A DNA stretch of 64,000 nucleotides from Octopus sinensis (GCF_006345805.1 NC_043001.1:31868001-31932000), one strand, 5' to 3'. Positions 38,660 through 52,252 are shown, numbered from the stretch's first letter. Translations and numbers: made by a program. Notes: generated from the sequence alone by a model not told the origin.

Positions 38660-39029
38660 ATATAATAATAATGATAATAATAATAACAACAACAACAATA
38701 ATAATGATATTACAATTATGATTGTCAACATCATTATTGTATCCAGGATCGTCGTCGTTGTCGTCACCATCATCATCATCATCACCATCACCATCATCAT
38801 CGTCATCATCATCATCACTATCATTATGTTCGTCGACACCGTCGCCTTTGTCGTAGTGGTGGCATCGTCATTTTCATCGTCGCGCTGTCGTCGTTATGAT
38901 TATGGTGAGCAACAGAAATTGCAGCTGCAACAGCGACAACAGCAACTGCAGATCACTGCACAACTGCAGCGACAGCAGCAGCAGCAGTAACAACAACAGC
39001 AACAACAGCACGTTAACACGGGGAATCGT

Positions 39030-39357
39030 TAAGTGGTCGCTTAATATACAAGAAATAGCAACCAAATCCCCATTGAAATCTTACTCCATCTTGCAAATGA
39101 GGAAACGCATTGGACAATGTTGTCCTAGAGATACAATATGACGAGGTGGTCATGGCTGGAATGGCGTAATTATTTGTTTGTTTTTTTTTTCGCCCATGGT
39201 TAACTTGGGGGCCCACAGAACAATAGCACCAGTGTCATAGTTAAATAACAAATGCAATCGTTCTGTGCAATGGTTGCAAACAGCGATAGCAACACCAGCG
39301 TCGTCAACAGCAGCACCAGAATCAGCAGCAACAGTCACAGTTATTCTTCGAGCCGCA

Positions 39358-39395
<38 letters not shown>

Positions 39396-39569
39396 TGCGG
39401 CAGCAATAATAAACACGAATGACAAAAGTTAAAAAAAAAAAAAAAGATCTTCGCGACAAGAAGACATCTAGCAACGATTGCAACAACAACAACAAAAGCG
39501 ATAGCAACAACAATAGTAGCAGCAGCAGCAGCAGCTTCGCAACTGTGACCGCAGCAACAACACTAACGT

Positions 39570-39601
<32 letters not shown>

Positions 39602-41250
39602 CGATAGCAACAACCATAAAGACATAGTAACGACATCTTTCACGCAACATCAGAGACGGCGACTCCAATAGCAACAACAGTAACAACAACAAAAATAATG
39701 ACATCGACGACAGCGCCAATACAAGTCACGCATTATCATCGTAACCATCACCATCATCATCATCATCATCATAAGTATCATCAACTACAAGGACAAGCAG
39801 AGCAAGGCGATACATTGAGGGAACTTCTATGTGGTCTCTTGATATGCTAGAAATAGCAGTCAAATGCCCTTTAAATTTCGGCAAGCTTTTTTTTTTAAAT
39901 AAAAGGAAAGAGTGTGTTGGATGGATAATGTAGTCCCTGATGCACTGTACCTGCATTTGTCTTTAATTCGTAAGTCTACTCAGTCAGGACTGACCTGGGG
40001 CTAAATAGCAGCTATTATCAACCCGCAACACCACTGCCACCGTCACCACTAAAACTCCTCCTTATCTTCATCGTCGTCGTCGTCATCATCATTGCAATAA
40101 CCAGCAAGAACAACAGCCACGACAACGGCGGCGGCGGCGCACACGACATGCGTGAACCGACTAGGAAGCCTCTACGTCGTCGTTTGACCTGCTAGAAGAA
40201 GCAGTAGCTATTCTGCCTCAAATCTATATCTTAACGGTTCTATTTTTATGCCTTGTTTAAGACACATTGCAAAAAATGTAGTCATACACCTGGAAAATAC
40301 TACACCACCAGAATAATAGACGGGATGGCCATTGGTGAGACGCTGTTGATCATAGGTTTGTTTGTTCAGTTTGAGATGACCTGACCTGGGGTTAAAAAAA
40401 AACAACACCAACACCAACAATTGCAATAACAACGGCGCCCGAGATAATAGGTTATATCCAGAAATATCAGTGGAATCTCCCATGAAATCATATTCCATTG
40501 CGTTGAAATAAAAAGGGCACATTGGATATATTTAGTCCTAGGTACACAATGCTTTGAAATAAAATGTCATCGCCATGGTTAGAACGCTTGCTCCATCAGG
40601 GCTGACCTGGACGGTGGAGAGAGGGTTAAATAACAATAACAGCAATAAAACGGTAGCAACAGCAGCAGCAGCAGTTGCAGCAGCAGCAGTTGCAGCAGCA
40701 ACAATAGAAGCAGCAGCAGCAGCAGACAAGGGAGCTACTATATGGTCGCTTGAATAGCTAGAAATAGCAGTAAATTTCCCTTAAATCTCACGGCTGCCAT
40801 CTTTCGAAATGTGAGGACACGTTTCATAATACGGTCCTCCTGGGTGTCCGGCAAAAATGAATATAAAATAGGGTGGTCACGGTTGGAGTGCATATGGTTT
40901 TTAGTCAGGCATGACTTATGATGAAAACAAAACAACAACAGCAGCAAAAACAACAACCACAGCAACACCATTAGCAGCAGGAGCTGACGAGATATCTTCA
41001 ATGAGGTTACTCGTTTTACTAGAAAGAACAGTCAAATATCCTTATAAACGACACTGTTACTGTATTAAATGAAGGACAGGGTACATAAATAAATGTGATC
41101 TACATGCAAAAAAACAAAAAAAAAACACAAAAAATAAAAGGAAAAACAACGAAAGAAACGAAGGGAAACGAGAGAAATCATCTAGATGGTCAAGGCGGGA
41201 CTGTCTTTGATAATAGTTTCGTTCGGTCTTGGCTAACCTGGGGCTAAACG
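39030..41250 (+). repeat. Cluster of about 5 degenerate copies of dispersed family E separated by CAA/CAG tracts
   Basis: Recurrent ctagaaatagcagYYaaat..cc..aaat and gacctggggctaaa followed by caacaac; other copies near 12525, 41905 (-), 42870 (-), 58760. Confidence 0.7.
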
Positions 41251-41514
41251 TCATGCAGTGTGTATGTATGTATGTATGTATGTATGTATGTATGTGTGTA
41301 TATGAGTGCGCGTGCGTGTTAGCTCCTTCGTAGCATCTGTCCTTGAAGTCGATGACGAGCCAGACATGTGACCCGGCTTCAAACACACCACATGACATTT
41401 TATTTATTTATTTATTTATGTATTCATTTATTTATTTAATGGCTGAAGCTTGCGACTTTGCCTCTATTTGCATGCGTGTGTGTGTTCGTGTACTCGCGCG
41501 TGTGTGTGTGTTCT

Positions 41515-41552
<38 letters not shown>

Positions 41553-41672
41553 TGTGTGTGTATTTGCGGCAACGAGTGTCTCTGAGTGTTTGTGTGCTCG
41601 CTCGCGTGTGTGTTTCTGCGTTTCTGTGAATATATGTGTGCGTATGTGCACGTTTGTGCATGCGTGTGTAAC

Positions 41673-41709
<37 letters not shown>

Positions 41710-42173
41710 GTGCTTGCGTGACCGTTGTATGCACGTGTACCTATTTGTGTTAGTATGCGTGTGTGTGTGTGTGAGTTTGTTTTCGTGTGTCTGTGCGCTT
41801 GCGTTTGCATGTGCATCCGTGCATTGCATCCGTGTTTGCGTATCTCTGTCGTCGAAGTATATTTGTGCCATTGCGCATGTGCATGTTTGTGTGTGTCTAG
41901 TCTTTGTTGTTGTTGCTTAACCCCAAGTCCCAAGCTGATCTATGATCGAAAGCGTTCGAACCGTGACCATCATGTCTAGCATTTCTTTTCCAGCCATATC
42001 TCGCTCAGCATATCTGATTCTACATTATGCAATAATTCCTTCCCTATTGAAGCTGATACGGTGAGAAAAATGAGGGAGATTTCACTGCACCTTTTAGCTG
42101 CTCGGGCGACCATGTTGAAGCTTCAACATTGACTCCTGTGCTTGGGTGTTTTGGTACATTTTTGTAGATATAT

Positions 42174-42334
42174 GCGCAGGCGTGGCTGTGTGGTAAGAAG
42201 CTTGCTTCCCAACCACATGGTTCTGGGTTCAGTCCCACTGCGTGGTGCCTTGGGCAAGTGCCTTCTATTATAGCCTCGGTCCGACCAAAGCCTTCTGAGT
42301 GGATTTGGTCGAAGGAAACTGAAAGAAGACCGTC

Positions 42335-42381
<47 letters not shown>

Positions 42382-42418
42382 TATATATATAATATTATAT
42401 ATATATAATGTATTATAT

Positions 42419-42457
<39 letters not shown>

Positions 42458-42702
42458 GTATGTATGTATGTATGCCTGTATGTATATACTTATGTGTTTG
42501 TTCTCCAATCATCGTTTGAAAACCGATGCTTTTACCTCTATGTCCCCGTAACTTAGCGGTTCAGCAAAAGAGACAAATAGAATAAGTACTAGGTTTACAA
42601 AGAATTAGCCCCGGGGTTAATTTCTTCGACTAGAAACCCTTTAAGGCGGTGCTCCAGCATGGCCGCAGTCAAATGACTGAGACAAGTAAATGAATAAAAA
42701 GA
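42174..42702 (+). mobile_element. SINE family A with expanded internal TA tract
   Basis: Full head and tail; internal microsatellite about 150 bp. Confidence 0.9.
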
Positions 42703-43775
42703 TAAAAAAGAATATACTTGTTGGTTTGTTGTTGCTGTTGTCGTTGTTGTCATTGTGTGTGTGTGTGTGTGTGTCTGTGAGAGGGTGAGTGAGTGTATGT
42801 ATGCATGGGAATCTATAAATTGCTTTCGATGTTTTCTCTCAAAAAATAGATCGATGCCAAATTGAAAAGTTCTTGGTGTCGTTTAGCCCTAGATCAGCTC
42901 TGAATTAATAAGTAAATGATTAGGGCTTTCCAGCCATGATCACCCCCGTCAATAATTTTTTATTTTTTGCACAGTATGTCCAGAACCTTAAGACAGTGGA
43001 GTACAATTTAAAGGAGATATCACAACCATTTTTTGCATGTCGAATAACTACTTAGAGGTTCCCGAAATATATCCACACTAGTCACTACTCCCTAGACATC
43101 ACTTGTCACTAATGCATCACTCATTATTTGTTACTCATCACTCATCATTAGTCACTAGACACTTCTATCCACTTGTCACCGATCCCCTATTTCTTGTCAC
43201 TTCATGACAGTTATCTCACATTATTTACCAGTAGTTCTCCCATATGAAGCAGCATATCTGTCCCTACTTATCACTCATCATTCTTCACCACGTCATTAGT
43301 CATTTGTCACACGCTGTTTTCTGTGACTATTTGTCACCGATTACTCAATAATCGTCGCTAGTGCATCGTCACTCGCCAACAGCCAATAGTTTCTTGTCAA
43401 TTGTCGCTAAAATAGTCACCTTTTGTGACTCAGTAACTCACTACTCTCAGCTTGGTCACAGTCACATACCAATTATCAAATTTAACTGCCAATTTTCAAC
43501 CATTACTTGTTATGCATTCTACACCACCCATTATTCATCAGTCGCCAATTCTTAGTTATAGATTATCACTCACTTTTCAGATGTTAATGCCTATCAATCA
43601 CCACAGATCATTCGACAGACACCTCTTTTTATATGGCGTGCTTTTGTCTGATAATCGTCTCACTTCCAGACCAAGGCTGGCCACAAAATTTTAGGTGAAA
43701 GCAATAACACTGACATGCATAATGTTAAAAAATCATCCACTAGGTTGAAATATAACGCAAAACAATTAAAATAGA

Positions 43776-44169
43776 CTAGCAGTATAGCCTGGCGTTGCTC
43801 GGGTTTGTTTTCTTTTCGATCCTTTTGAATTGGAATTTTTGAAAAGTAAAATGCATTATGTAGCTTGTTATTCTCTTTAAGTGAACATTTTCTGGTTAAA
43901 ACACACCGAAATATGGCGACACAGTAGTCAAGAAATCGTAAAAAATAGGGATGTTCATAGAAAAAAAAAGCACCTTTTTGATGTAAATAATTTTTAGTCT
44001 TAACATGGTCCGATCTGAAATTTTTCTTCTACGGAATGAAGAGAAAGCCTTCTATCATACTCTCAATTTTGGTCAACTTGCGCCGCAGGATCTTGGAGGA
44101 GATAGTGTTAGTTGAAGGTGACCAAACCTGCCACATACACACAGACAACTTCAGCTTTATATATGAAGA
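43776..44169 (-). mobile_element. Non-autonomous Helitron related to 1367/21743
   Basis: Minus: A|TCTTCATATATAAAGCTGAAGTTG ... gcaacgccaggctatactgCTAG|T. Confidence 0.8.
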
Positions 44170-44386
44170 TTACAAAACAGTATTTATGATATTTATTTGA
44201 TTAAAAAATTCTTCCGCCATATTTTCTTTAATAATACGTTATTTTGCTTCCTTCATATTAGTCACCGTCTCTTGAAATGGCTCCTATTTAGTACCTTTTG
44301 TGTTTTGAAATAGTCGCTTGGTGCATAAAAATATTCACAGTAGCAGTTTTGAGTGAAGAACAATTTATATACTTTGATAATAATCT

Positions 44387-44566
44387 GGCGTAGGAGTGGC
44401 TGTGTGGTAAGTAGCTTGCTTACCAACCACATGGTTCCGGATTCAGTCCCACTGTGTGGCACCTTGGGCAAGTGTCTTCTGCTATAGCCTCGGGCTGACC
44501 AAAAACCTTGTGAGTGGATTTGGTAGATGGAAACTGAAAGAAGTCCGTCGTATATATGTATGTATG

Positions 44567-44613
<47 letters not shown>

Positions 44614-44825
44614 GTGTGTGTATCTGTGTTTGCCCCCCCCACATCGCTTGACAACCGATGCTAGTGTGTTTACGTCCATGTAACTTAGTGGTTCCGCAAA
44701 AGAGACCGATAGAATAAGTACTAGACTTACAAAGAATAAGTCTTGGGGTCGATTTACTCGACTAAAGGCGGTGCTCCAGCATGGCCTCAGTAAAATGACT
44801 GAAACAAGTAAAAGAGAAAAAGAGT
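44387..44825 (+). mobile_element. SINE family A
   Basis: Full length. Confidence 0.92.
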
Positions 44826-45134
44826 TAAGAAAATATTTCTTCAGTACCAGCTTAATACTTGCAACGATGACAGGAGATTTGTCATCAATTTTGGCAATAA
44901 AGGGAAACGGTATTTATCCCTTTACTTTTCTTGGGAAATACTGAGCAAAGATCTTCTTGGTGTCTTTTCTGATACCACTGCTTCTTCACCTTGTAACGTT
45001 GCTTTGTTTCATTGTTAATTATTATCAACTACGATTAATTGTTTGCGATATTGCTCTGAAATAGTATTAGGCAACTATAGCAAATTATGATATACTATAT
45101 ATTAGAGAGCTGAATGTTATTTTATAATATTCAC

Positions 45135-45535
45135 AGGCGCAGGAGTGGCTGTGTGATAAGTAGCTTGCTTACAAACCACATGGTTCTGGGTTCAGTCCCA
45201 CTGTGAGGCACCTTGGGCAAGTGTCTTTTACTATAGCCTCGAGCCGACCAAAGCCTTGTGAGTGGATTTGGTAGACAGAAACTGAAAGAAGCCAGTCGCA
45301 TATATGTATATGTGTACGTATATATGTGTGTGACTGTGTTTGTCCCCCCCCCAACATCGCTTGACAACCGATGCTGGAGTGTTTACGTCCCCGTAACTTA
45401 GCGGTTCGGCAAAAGAGACCGATAGAATAAGTACTAGGCTTACAAAGAATAAGTCCTGGGGTCGATTTGCTCGACTAAAGGCGGTGCTCCAGCATGGCTG
45501 CAGTCAAATGACTGAAACAAATAAAAGAGTAAAAA
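45135..45535 (+). mobile_element. SINE family A
   Basis: Full length. Confidence 0.92.
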
Positions 45536-45576
45536 AAAAAGCCACTACACATTCTTTATTTTCTCTCCTTGTGTTC

Positions 45577-45705
45577 CTTTCTGTGGAAGAGCGTAGGCTC
45601 GAAACTTTAAAGACTTTTTCACTTCCCACTCGTTATACTAATACATCTGTTTGTTGTCTATACCACCTGTCTTCATCTTTCGTTTTTTTTGTGAATTCTC
45701 CCTAT
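45577..45705 (+). mobile_element. Hammerhead-like repeat, family G copy 3
   Basis: CTGTGGA a gagcgtaggctc GAAAC TTT aaag (cleavage-site G mutated). Confidence 0.65.
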
Positions 45706-46099
45706 ATATATATAAAACAAGTGGATGTTATTGACTGTAAAATTCCTTTGGCAACTTAAGCTCGGTGCAAAAGCTTTGAGAACATATCAGGCGACAAAAA
45801 TCGCTGACCCACTTGCTTTACGAGCATGCATAAAATTATTAGGACTTTAGTTCTAAAGTTCCTGAAGCTCATTCAAAGAAATTGTCGTATTTTCCCGTTA
45901 AATACATTCAACTTTCGTTCCAAGATAAATATCATTGACACTAAGATAAACTGAAGGATCAGTAATATTGTTCTTTAGTACATCATCGTTTAAAGCATTG
46001 GTTTTCGACCACTTTTTTTCCTATGAGCCCCTTTGATTCCTGTTTTACTAGGGCAGACCCCCAAACATTTTGTTTTAGAAATCCTATTATATTTTTATA

Positions 46100-46245
46100 A
46101 TTAAATATTATCAGGAATTATATAAAAAGTTGTTAAGATATTTTGTGCATTGTTGAATTAGAACCAATTTCTTGCACACAAGTTTTAACAACAATATCAT
46201 ATATGGAGCCCTAAGGGCCATATGGACCCTGGTTGAGTACCACTG
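46100..46245. mobile_element. hAT-like MITE terminus
   Basis: ggttgagtaccactg = reverse complement of cagtggtactcaacc, typical of hAT/Charlie ends; partner end not found. Confidence 0.4.
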
Positions 46246-46372
46246 GTTTAGAGTAATCAGGATATAAAATTTCAACTTCCTGGTTAAAATATTTAACACA
46301 CGCATACATGGTACTAACATAGGATTTAATGAGATACTAACAACGCTGTAGATAGTATTTGACTGAGGTCCA

Positions 46373-46605
46373 AGGCGGCGAGCTGGCAGAAACGTTAGCG
46401 CGCCGGGCGAAATGCTTAGCGGTATTTCGTCTGCCGCTACGTTCTGAGTTCAAATTCCCCCGAGGTCGACTTTGACTTTCATCCTTTCGGGGTCGATAAA
46501 TTAAGCACCAGTTACGCACTGGGATCGATGTAATCGACTTAATCCGTTTGTCTGTCCTTGTTTGCCTCTTCTATGTTTAGCCCCTTGTGGGCAATAAAGA
46601 AATAA
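46373..46605 (+). mobile_element. SINE family B (tail variant 1), near consensus
   Basis: 17-bp TSD agatagtatttgactga at 46350 and 46605. Confidence 0.95.
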
Positions 46606-47166
46606 GATAGTATTTGACTGACTTACTGAGAGGTAAACCATCTTGATTCTCAAGGTTAAAGAAATAAATTATGAAATAATTTTTAATTGAAAAAATCCAA
46701 ATGATTGCTACTTACACAGATTTGTTCACGCTTTACTCAGTGAAGTCAAAATGGGCGCACAATGCAAATTTCTGCACACAGTCATTGCAAAACTATTAGA
46801 AGGAACATTGCTTCTATCCCCATTCAGATATTTGGACAGAAAAAATGTAGGGAAATGGGTAGCAAACTCGTCTCAACGATGACAAGCTTGGGAGTAACGT
46901 ATATGCAAATCTAAACAGTGTGAAACTCTTCACTTCTTAAGATTGAAGGTTGTCAAATAAGTGGCAGATATTCCAAGTATTCTCTTATGGAACTGGTCAA
47001 ATGCATGACTAATCCTTTTAGTACCATACTTCCACTGAAACTAAGTGACTTTATTTAAATAAATGCAATTTTTAATTTAATTAAAATTTTTTTGGGGGGG
47101 AGGGGGGCTCAAAAAGCAAAAGCAAGGCCATGTAGGGGGACATGGAGTTATATACAGGGAGGGTGT

Positions 47167-47345
47167 TCATACAAAGAGTTCAGGACATTTCTGGTCAAGA
47201 GAGACTTTGAACCGAGCGGTCGTTGGCATCTTCACTATCTCGTCCGGCAGCTTATTCCACGGATCCGCAACCCGGACGGAGAAAGCCCCTCTCCTTCGAT
47301 TGAGATGAAATCGTCGTAGATAGAGCTTTTCGGAGTGCCCCCGCA
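47167..47345 (-). mobile_element. CR1 LINE ORF2 C-terminal fragment
   Basis: LRGHSEKLYLRRFHLNRRRGAFSVRVADPWNKLPDEIVKMPTTARFKVSLD, a classic CR1 C-terminus. Confidence 0.85.
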
Positions 47346-48220
47346 GCCCACGCTCTGGAGCAGGAGTGACAGCCCATGTAGAAAATAATGAAGAATTTAG
47401 TAAAATAACTGTTATCATTAATAAGCTTGTGTTTGGAACATAAATTTAACGTGAAATTTTGATGGAATATTTTAACTTAAGATACCTTTAAAATTAAAAG
47501 TTTGTATCAGAGATGCAAGGGTCGTCTTAGACGGGTTGATATAAAAAAAAGTTGAGTAATATAATTTGCACCAGCTTGTACCTGAGCATTGTATTACCAA
47601 GTGTTTATTTTAAACTGGAACAAGTAGAGCTCGTTAGATGTAGGTTGCAAGAATTTCAACTTGAAACTCAACGTTGAGCTTATTTACGTTAGTCAATGCA
47701 AGGAATACAAAGTGCATTTTTGTAAGCGATTTGTCAATGCCTTAAACACTGTTGAAACCGACTGGACATTATCTTCAACCGCAGTTGATGAGAAAATAAT
47801 TAAGGAGCAAACCTTTGTAGTAATGATGCTTGCACGATCTGTTCAGCTGAAAGCTACCAGGTGCAGGTGACATGCAGTATTTCTCTGAGAATTAATATAA
47901 ATATTTGGTAATCTTTATATTCACCTAAATGATTGGAATTATTTGACAAATATGAATATACACCATTTATTAATTCTTCTAAATAATCCGCCAGTTATGA
48001 ACAATAAACCATTTATTAATTCTTCTAAATAATTCGGTACTTATGAACAAGCGTTGGATGCTCAGAACTCAGAATTGCGTTGAATGTCAAATACAATCTT
48101 GTTTGTAAAGGACGGAACATTTTTGATTTTCAAGTAAATGTTGGTCGCCATTTTAGCTCATCGTATCGTTAGTATTATCATTTGCAAAGTCGGCAAGATA
48201 ATAAAATGAGATACTATGTT

Positions 48221-48271
<51 letters not shown>

Positions 48272-48479
48272 CTTAGGCACGGCGATACTAATGATCTGGT
48301 GTTAGAAATCAGTACATGTGCGCTTTAGAGAAAGGCGTTAGTAGAGTATAGAGTATAATAAGAGTGTATATAACTGACAAAGGAACAAGAAATCATGTAA
48401 GGAACTCCATTACAAAATGAATGTAGCATAATGAATGGAGTTAATTACATAATTTGTTATTTCTTTGTTATTTATGTAA

Positions 48480-48562
48480 TCCATCCATCCATCCATCCAT
48501 CCATCCATCCATCCATCCATCCATCCATCCATCCATCCATCCATCCATCCATCCATCCATCC

Positions 48563-48638
<76 letters not shown>

Positions 48639-48640
48639 GA
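48480..48640. repeat. (CCAT)n(CTAT)n microsatellite
   Basis: Direct reading. Confidence 0.95.
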
Positions 48641-48880
48641 CTATCTCACTCCAGCTGAGATTGTTATCAACACACACACACGACCGTAATTTTGGGGCGA
48701 TTACAGTCCCTGTCAGTATATATGTATAAAATTATGAGCTTCAAATACAGCATTAGAGCATTTTAGCTCTTATTTCTAGCAATGTAGGTGTTCTAACACC
48801 CTCAGTCATACTCAATGACAATTATAGTTTACCTTTTTGGTAACACACTGTATACAGCTGTCCATATTACTTTATATATC

Positions 48881-49274
48881 TCTTTACTCTTTTACTTGTT
48901 TCAGTCATTTGACTGCGGCCATGCTGGAGCACCGCCTTTTAGTCGAGCAAATCGACCCCGGGACTTATTCTTTGTAAGCCCAGTACTTATTCCATCGGTC
49001 TCTTTTTGCCGAACCGCTAAGTTACGGGGACGTAAACACACCAGCATCGGTTGTCAAGCAATGCTAGGGGGACAAACACAGACACACAAACACACACACA
49101 TATATATATATAAACATATATACGACAGGCTTCTTTCAGTTTCCGTCTACCAAATCCACTCACAAGGCATTGGTCGGCCCGGGGCTATAACAGAAGACTC
49201 TTGCCCAAGATGCCACGCAGTGGGACTGAACCCGGAACTATGTGGTTGGTTAGCAAGCTACTTACCACACAGCC
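48881..49274 (-). mobile_element. SINE family A
   Basis: Reverse complement, full length. Confidence 0.92.
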
Positions 49275-49296
49275 AAAACTTTGATAAAAAGCTACG

Positions 49297-49700
49297 TTTC
49301 TATCAAAGATTGGTCTAGGCCATGTCTAATTTAATAGTACCATCTGATAGGATTATCTAAATCCTTTTTAAGTCAAGTTTTGTGGCATCATGGTCCATTC
49401 TAGTAGGGTGTCCTTGTTGAGTGAGTTGTATCCATGTATATGTGGCTTATCTGGTATTCCTTGAAGAAATTTGTTCAGATTCCATTTAAAGGGGGTGGGA
49501 TTCTTTTCCTCTTTGATCTGTTTTGGAACAATGTTAAATAGGGCAGGGCCTATTGACGAAAAAAAATTGTGTTGCAGTGTACTTATGTGTTGTGATCCTG
49601 AATTGGGTGGGGGACGTATGGCCCGTGGTCCTAGCCTTGGATGAATTTTGAAGCTAATGTTGAGGTCGTTTGGGCAATGCTCGCGGTATATTCTTCACAT
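49297..49700 (-). mobile_element. CR1-clade LINE 3' end (same family as 34628)
   Basis: Reverse-complement homology to 34628-35010. Confidence 0.85.
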
Positions 49701-49734
49701 CGTGCAAATGGGGTATCACCCCCCCCCCCAAAAA

Positions 49735-49845
49735 AAACAAAAGACGAAGACAGGTGGTATAGACAACAAAGAGAGGTATTAGTTTAACGCTCGGGAAGTA
49801 AAAAAAAGTCTTTAACGTTTCGAGCCTACGCTCTTCCACAAAAAG
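49735..49845 (-). mobile_element. Hammerhead-like repeat, family G copy 4
   Basis: Minus: cttt TTGTGGA a gagcgtaggctc GAAAC GTT aaag. Confidence 0.65.
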
Positions 49846-49920
49846 GAACACAGAAAGAAAAAAGAGAGAAAATAAAGAATTTGTAGTGGCTAGCAATCTT
49901 TCATGGCACACACGCACGCA

Positions 49921-49966
<46 letters not shown>

Positions 49967-50296
49967 CACACGCACACACACACATATCGTTGACGTCATA
50001 AGAATTTATAACTTTGAAGAGAATGTGAAGTAATATTTTTGTGGATTACTGGAGCTCGTAGCAAATGATAGAGCTATAAATAATAACATGTAAATGTTAG
50101 GTTGAAAATCTGGCTTTGGATTAGGTAATCCTGGACGTTTTCTATCCGAAAAGGCCGTTTCAAATCAATATTTGCATGCTATTATTTACAACTTTATCAT
50201 ATGCTCCGAAATTCATTATCCCCACCACCAAAAAAAAAAAAAAATAAAAAAGGAAAGAATTTTATGCATGTGGGTATATGTACATATATATATAAA

Positions 50297-50339
<43 letters not shown>

Positions 50340-50345
<6 letters not shown>

Positions 50346-50638
50346 ATCACGTGACCGACCAGACCATCAGATGTTTTACACATCGCTGGTCACAATGCGT
50401 TCGCATTGCTTTAACCTTCGAATGACGCTACCCCGCTGGCTAAGCGAGCAGGCCAACAGAAGAAAGAGTGAAAGAAAGAGTGGTGAAAGAGTACAGCAAG
50501 GATCACCACCCCCTGCCGGAGCCTCGTGGAGCTTTTAGGTGTTTTCGCTCAATAAACACTCACAACGCCCGGTCTGGGAATCGAAACCGCGATCCTTCGA
50601 CCGCGAGTCCGCTGCCCTAACCACTAAGCCATTGCGCC
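50340..50638 (-). mobile_element. tRNA-derived SINE family D
   Basis: Minus: aggcgcaatggcttagtggttagggcagcggactcgcggtcgaaggatcgcggtttcgattcccag (A and B boxes, tRNA-like fold), followed by a non-tRNA body. Confidence 0.85.
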
Positions 50639-50666
50639 TACACACACACACACACACACACACACA

Positions 50667-50709
<43 letters not shown>

Positions 50710-51120
50710 GGGTTATACATGTACACATGGTGTATATTTTATATACATACACAAACACACACACATATATATATATATATATATGTGGTAGCTGTTTTTC
50801 TCGGTTTAACCCGAGTAGTTTGGTTGATGTTGTTGTAAAACCTGCTATCTTCTAAATATTTACCTCCTCTTTGTATTCAAACACCCAAAAGAAAGTTTAA
50901 AAAAAAAACATAATATTTTAAGAAAACAAAAATTAAGAAAAAGAACCAACAAAAAACTCAATTTAATAAAAATGCTTAGTTGTTGATAACTATAGTAAAC
51001 TGGAAGGTTTCCGCAAACACACACACACACACATTCACATACTCTCCTTTTACATACACACACATATATTCCAAGAGTTGAAACGCTGAAAAAAATTAAA
51101 ATCCACACATGAAAATGAAA

Positions 51121-51160
<40 letters not shown>

Positions 51161-51188
51161 CCAATAAAACCACTATATATATATATAT

Positions 51189-51453
51189 ATCATCATCGTT
51201 TAACGTTCGCTTTCCATGCTAGCATGGGTTGAACGTTTTGTCTGAGGGATGGCGAACCAGATGCCTGCACCAGGCTCCAGTCTTGATCTGGCAGAGTTTC
51301 TACAGCTGGATGCCCTTCCGAGAGTGTAGTGGGTGCTTTTATGTGCCACCGGCACGAAGGCCAGTCTGGCGGCACTGGCAACGGCCACTCTCAAATGGTG
51401 TTTTTTACGTGCCACCTGCACAGGAGCCAATCCAACGGCACTGGAAACGACCT
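51189..51453 (-). mobile_element. Retroposon 3' part with (GAT)n tail
   Basis: Minus: ggaagggcatccagctgtagaaactctgccagatcaagactggagcc..catgctagcatggaaagcgaacgttaaacgatgatgatg. Confidence 0.65.
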
Positions 51454-51459
51454 CATATA

Positions 51460-52252
51460 TATATATTCGTCGGGGTAATGTCCGGCGAATATGATGAGTG
51501 GGGCATCATTTCCCATTCAAACTGCCTCACCCTTTGGAATGTCATCCTCATTGTATGTGGCCGAGCATTATCCTGATGGAAGAACACCCTTCGTCTTGAA
51601 ACAAAAAATGGTCTATTTTCTTCTAGCGCTGAGTCAGGCCGTTCAAGCTGCTCGCAGTTGATCTCCTTTGTATTCGGTTGGTTTGGGTTTAAAAGTTCAA
51701 AGTGGACTAATCCTTTCATATCTCACCAAACATAACAACAACTTACGAGGGTGAAGACCTTCTTTAGCCTGCGCTTGACATTTTTATGGGGATCCTATTT
51801 CTCGCACGAGTCAAAAAAAGGTCTATTCGTAAGAATTGACAGCAAAGAAGAGCACACATTCACTCTCTGCGTGCGATTAAACTCAGAAAGTTTTGGGGGC
51901 ACCCACTGACCCAAGTTGCTGACTTTTCCGATAGCGCACATGTGTCGATGAATGGCTGAATGACCAACTCCAAGCTTCTCTGCTAGTTCATCAACAATTA
52001 TGATGGGATTTTGTTCCACCAGGGTTTGCCGTACGTCCTCGTCGAGCTCTACTGATCTTCCAGGACGCTGCTCATCTTCTAGGCTGTAGTTTCCGGCTCG
52101 GAATTTCTGGGACCACCGTTGACACCGGCTTACGGTTATTGTCAGAACCCCAAATACAGCATTAAAATTCCTCGCACTTTCCATTCCTTTATTGATGCCT
52201 TTATTGAACTCATAAAGAAAAATATGTCGAATATGCTCTCTGCCACATCCAT
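51460..52252 (-). pseudogene. Mariner (Mos1-like) transposase pseudogene, 3'-truncated
   Basis: REHIRHIFLYEFNKG, LEDEQRPGRS, WVPPKL (WVPHEL-like), HQDNARPH, YSPDITP motifs with frameshifts and an internal deletion. Confidence 0.9.

Noticed and set aside
50560-50638. Genuine tRNA genes (also 25620-25701, 63138-63214)
   Set aside because: tRNA-like heads lack a proper acceptor stem and poly-T terminator and run into repeat bodies, so they are SINE heads.
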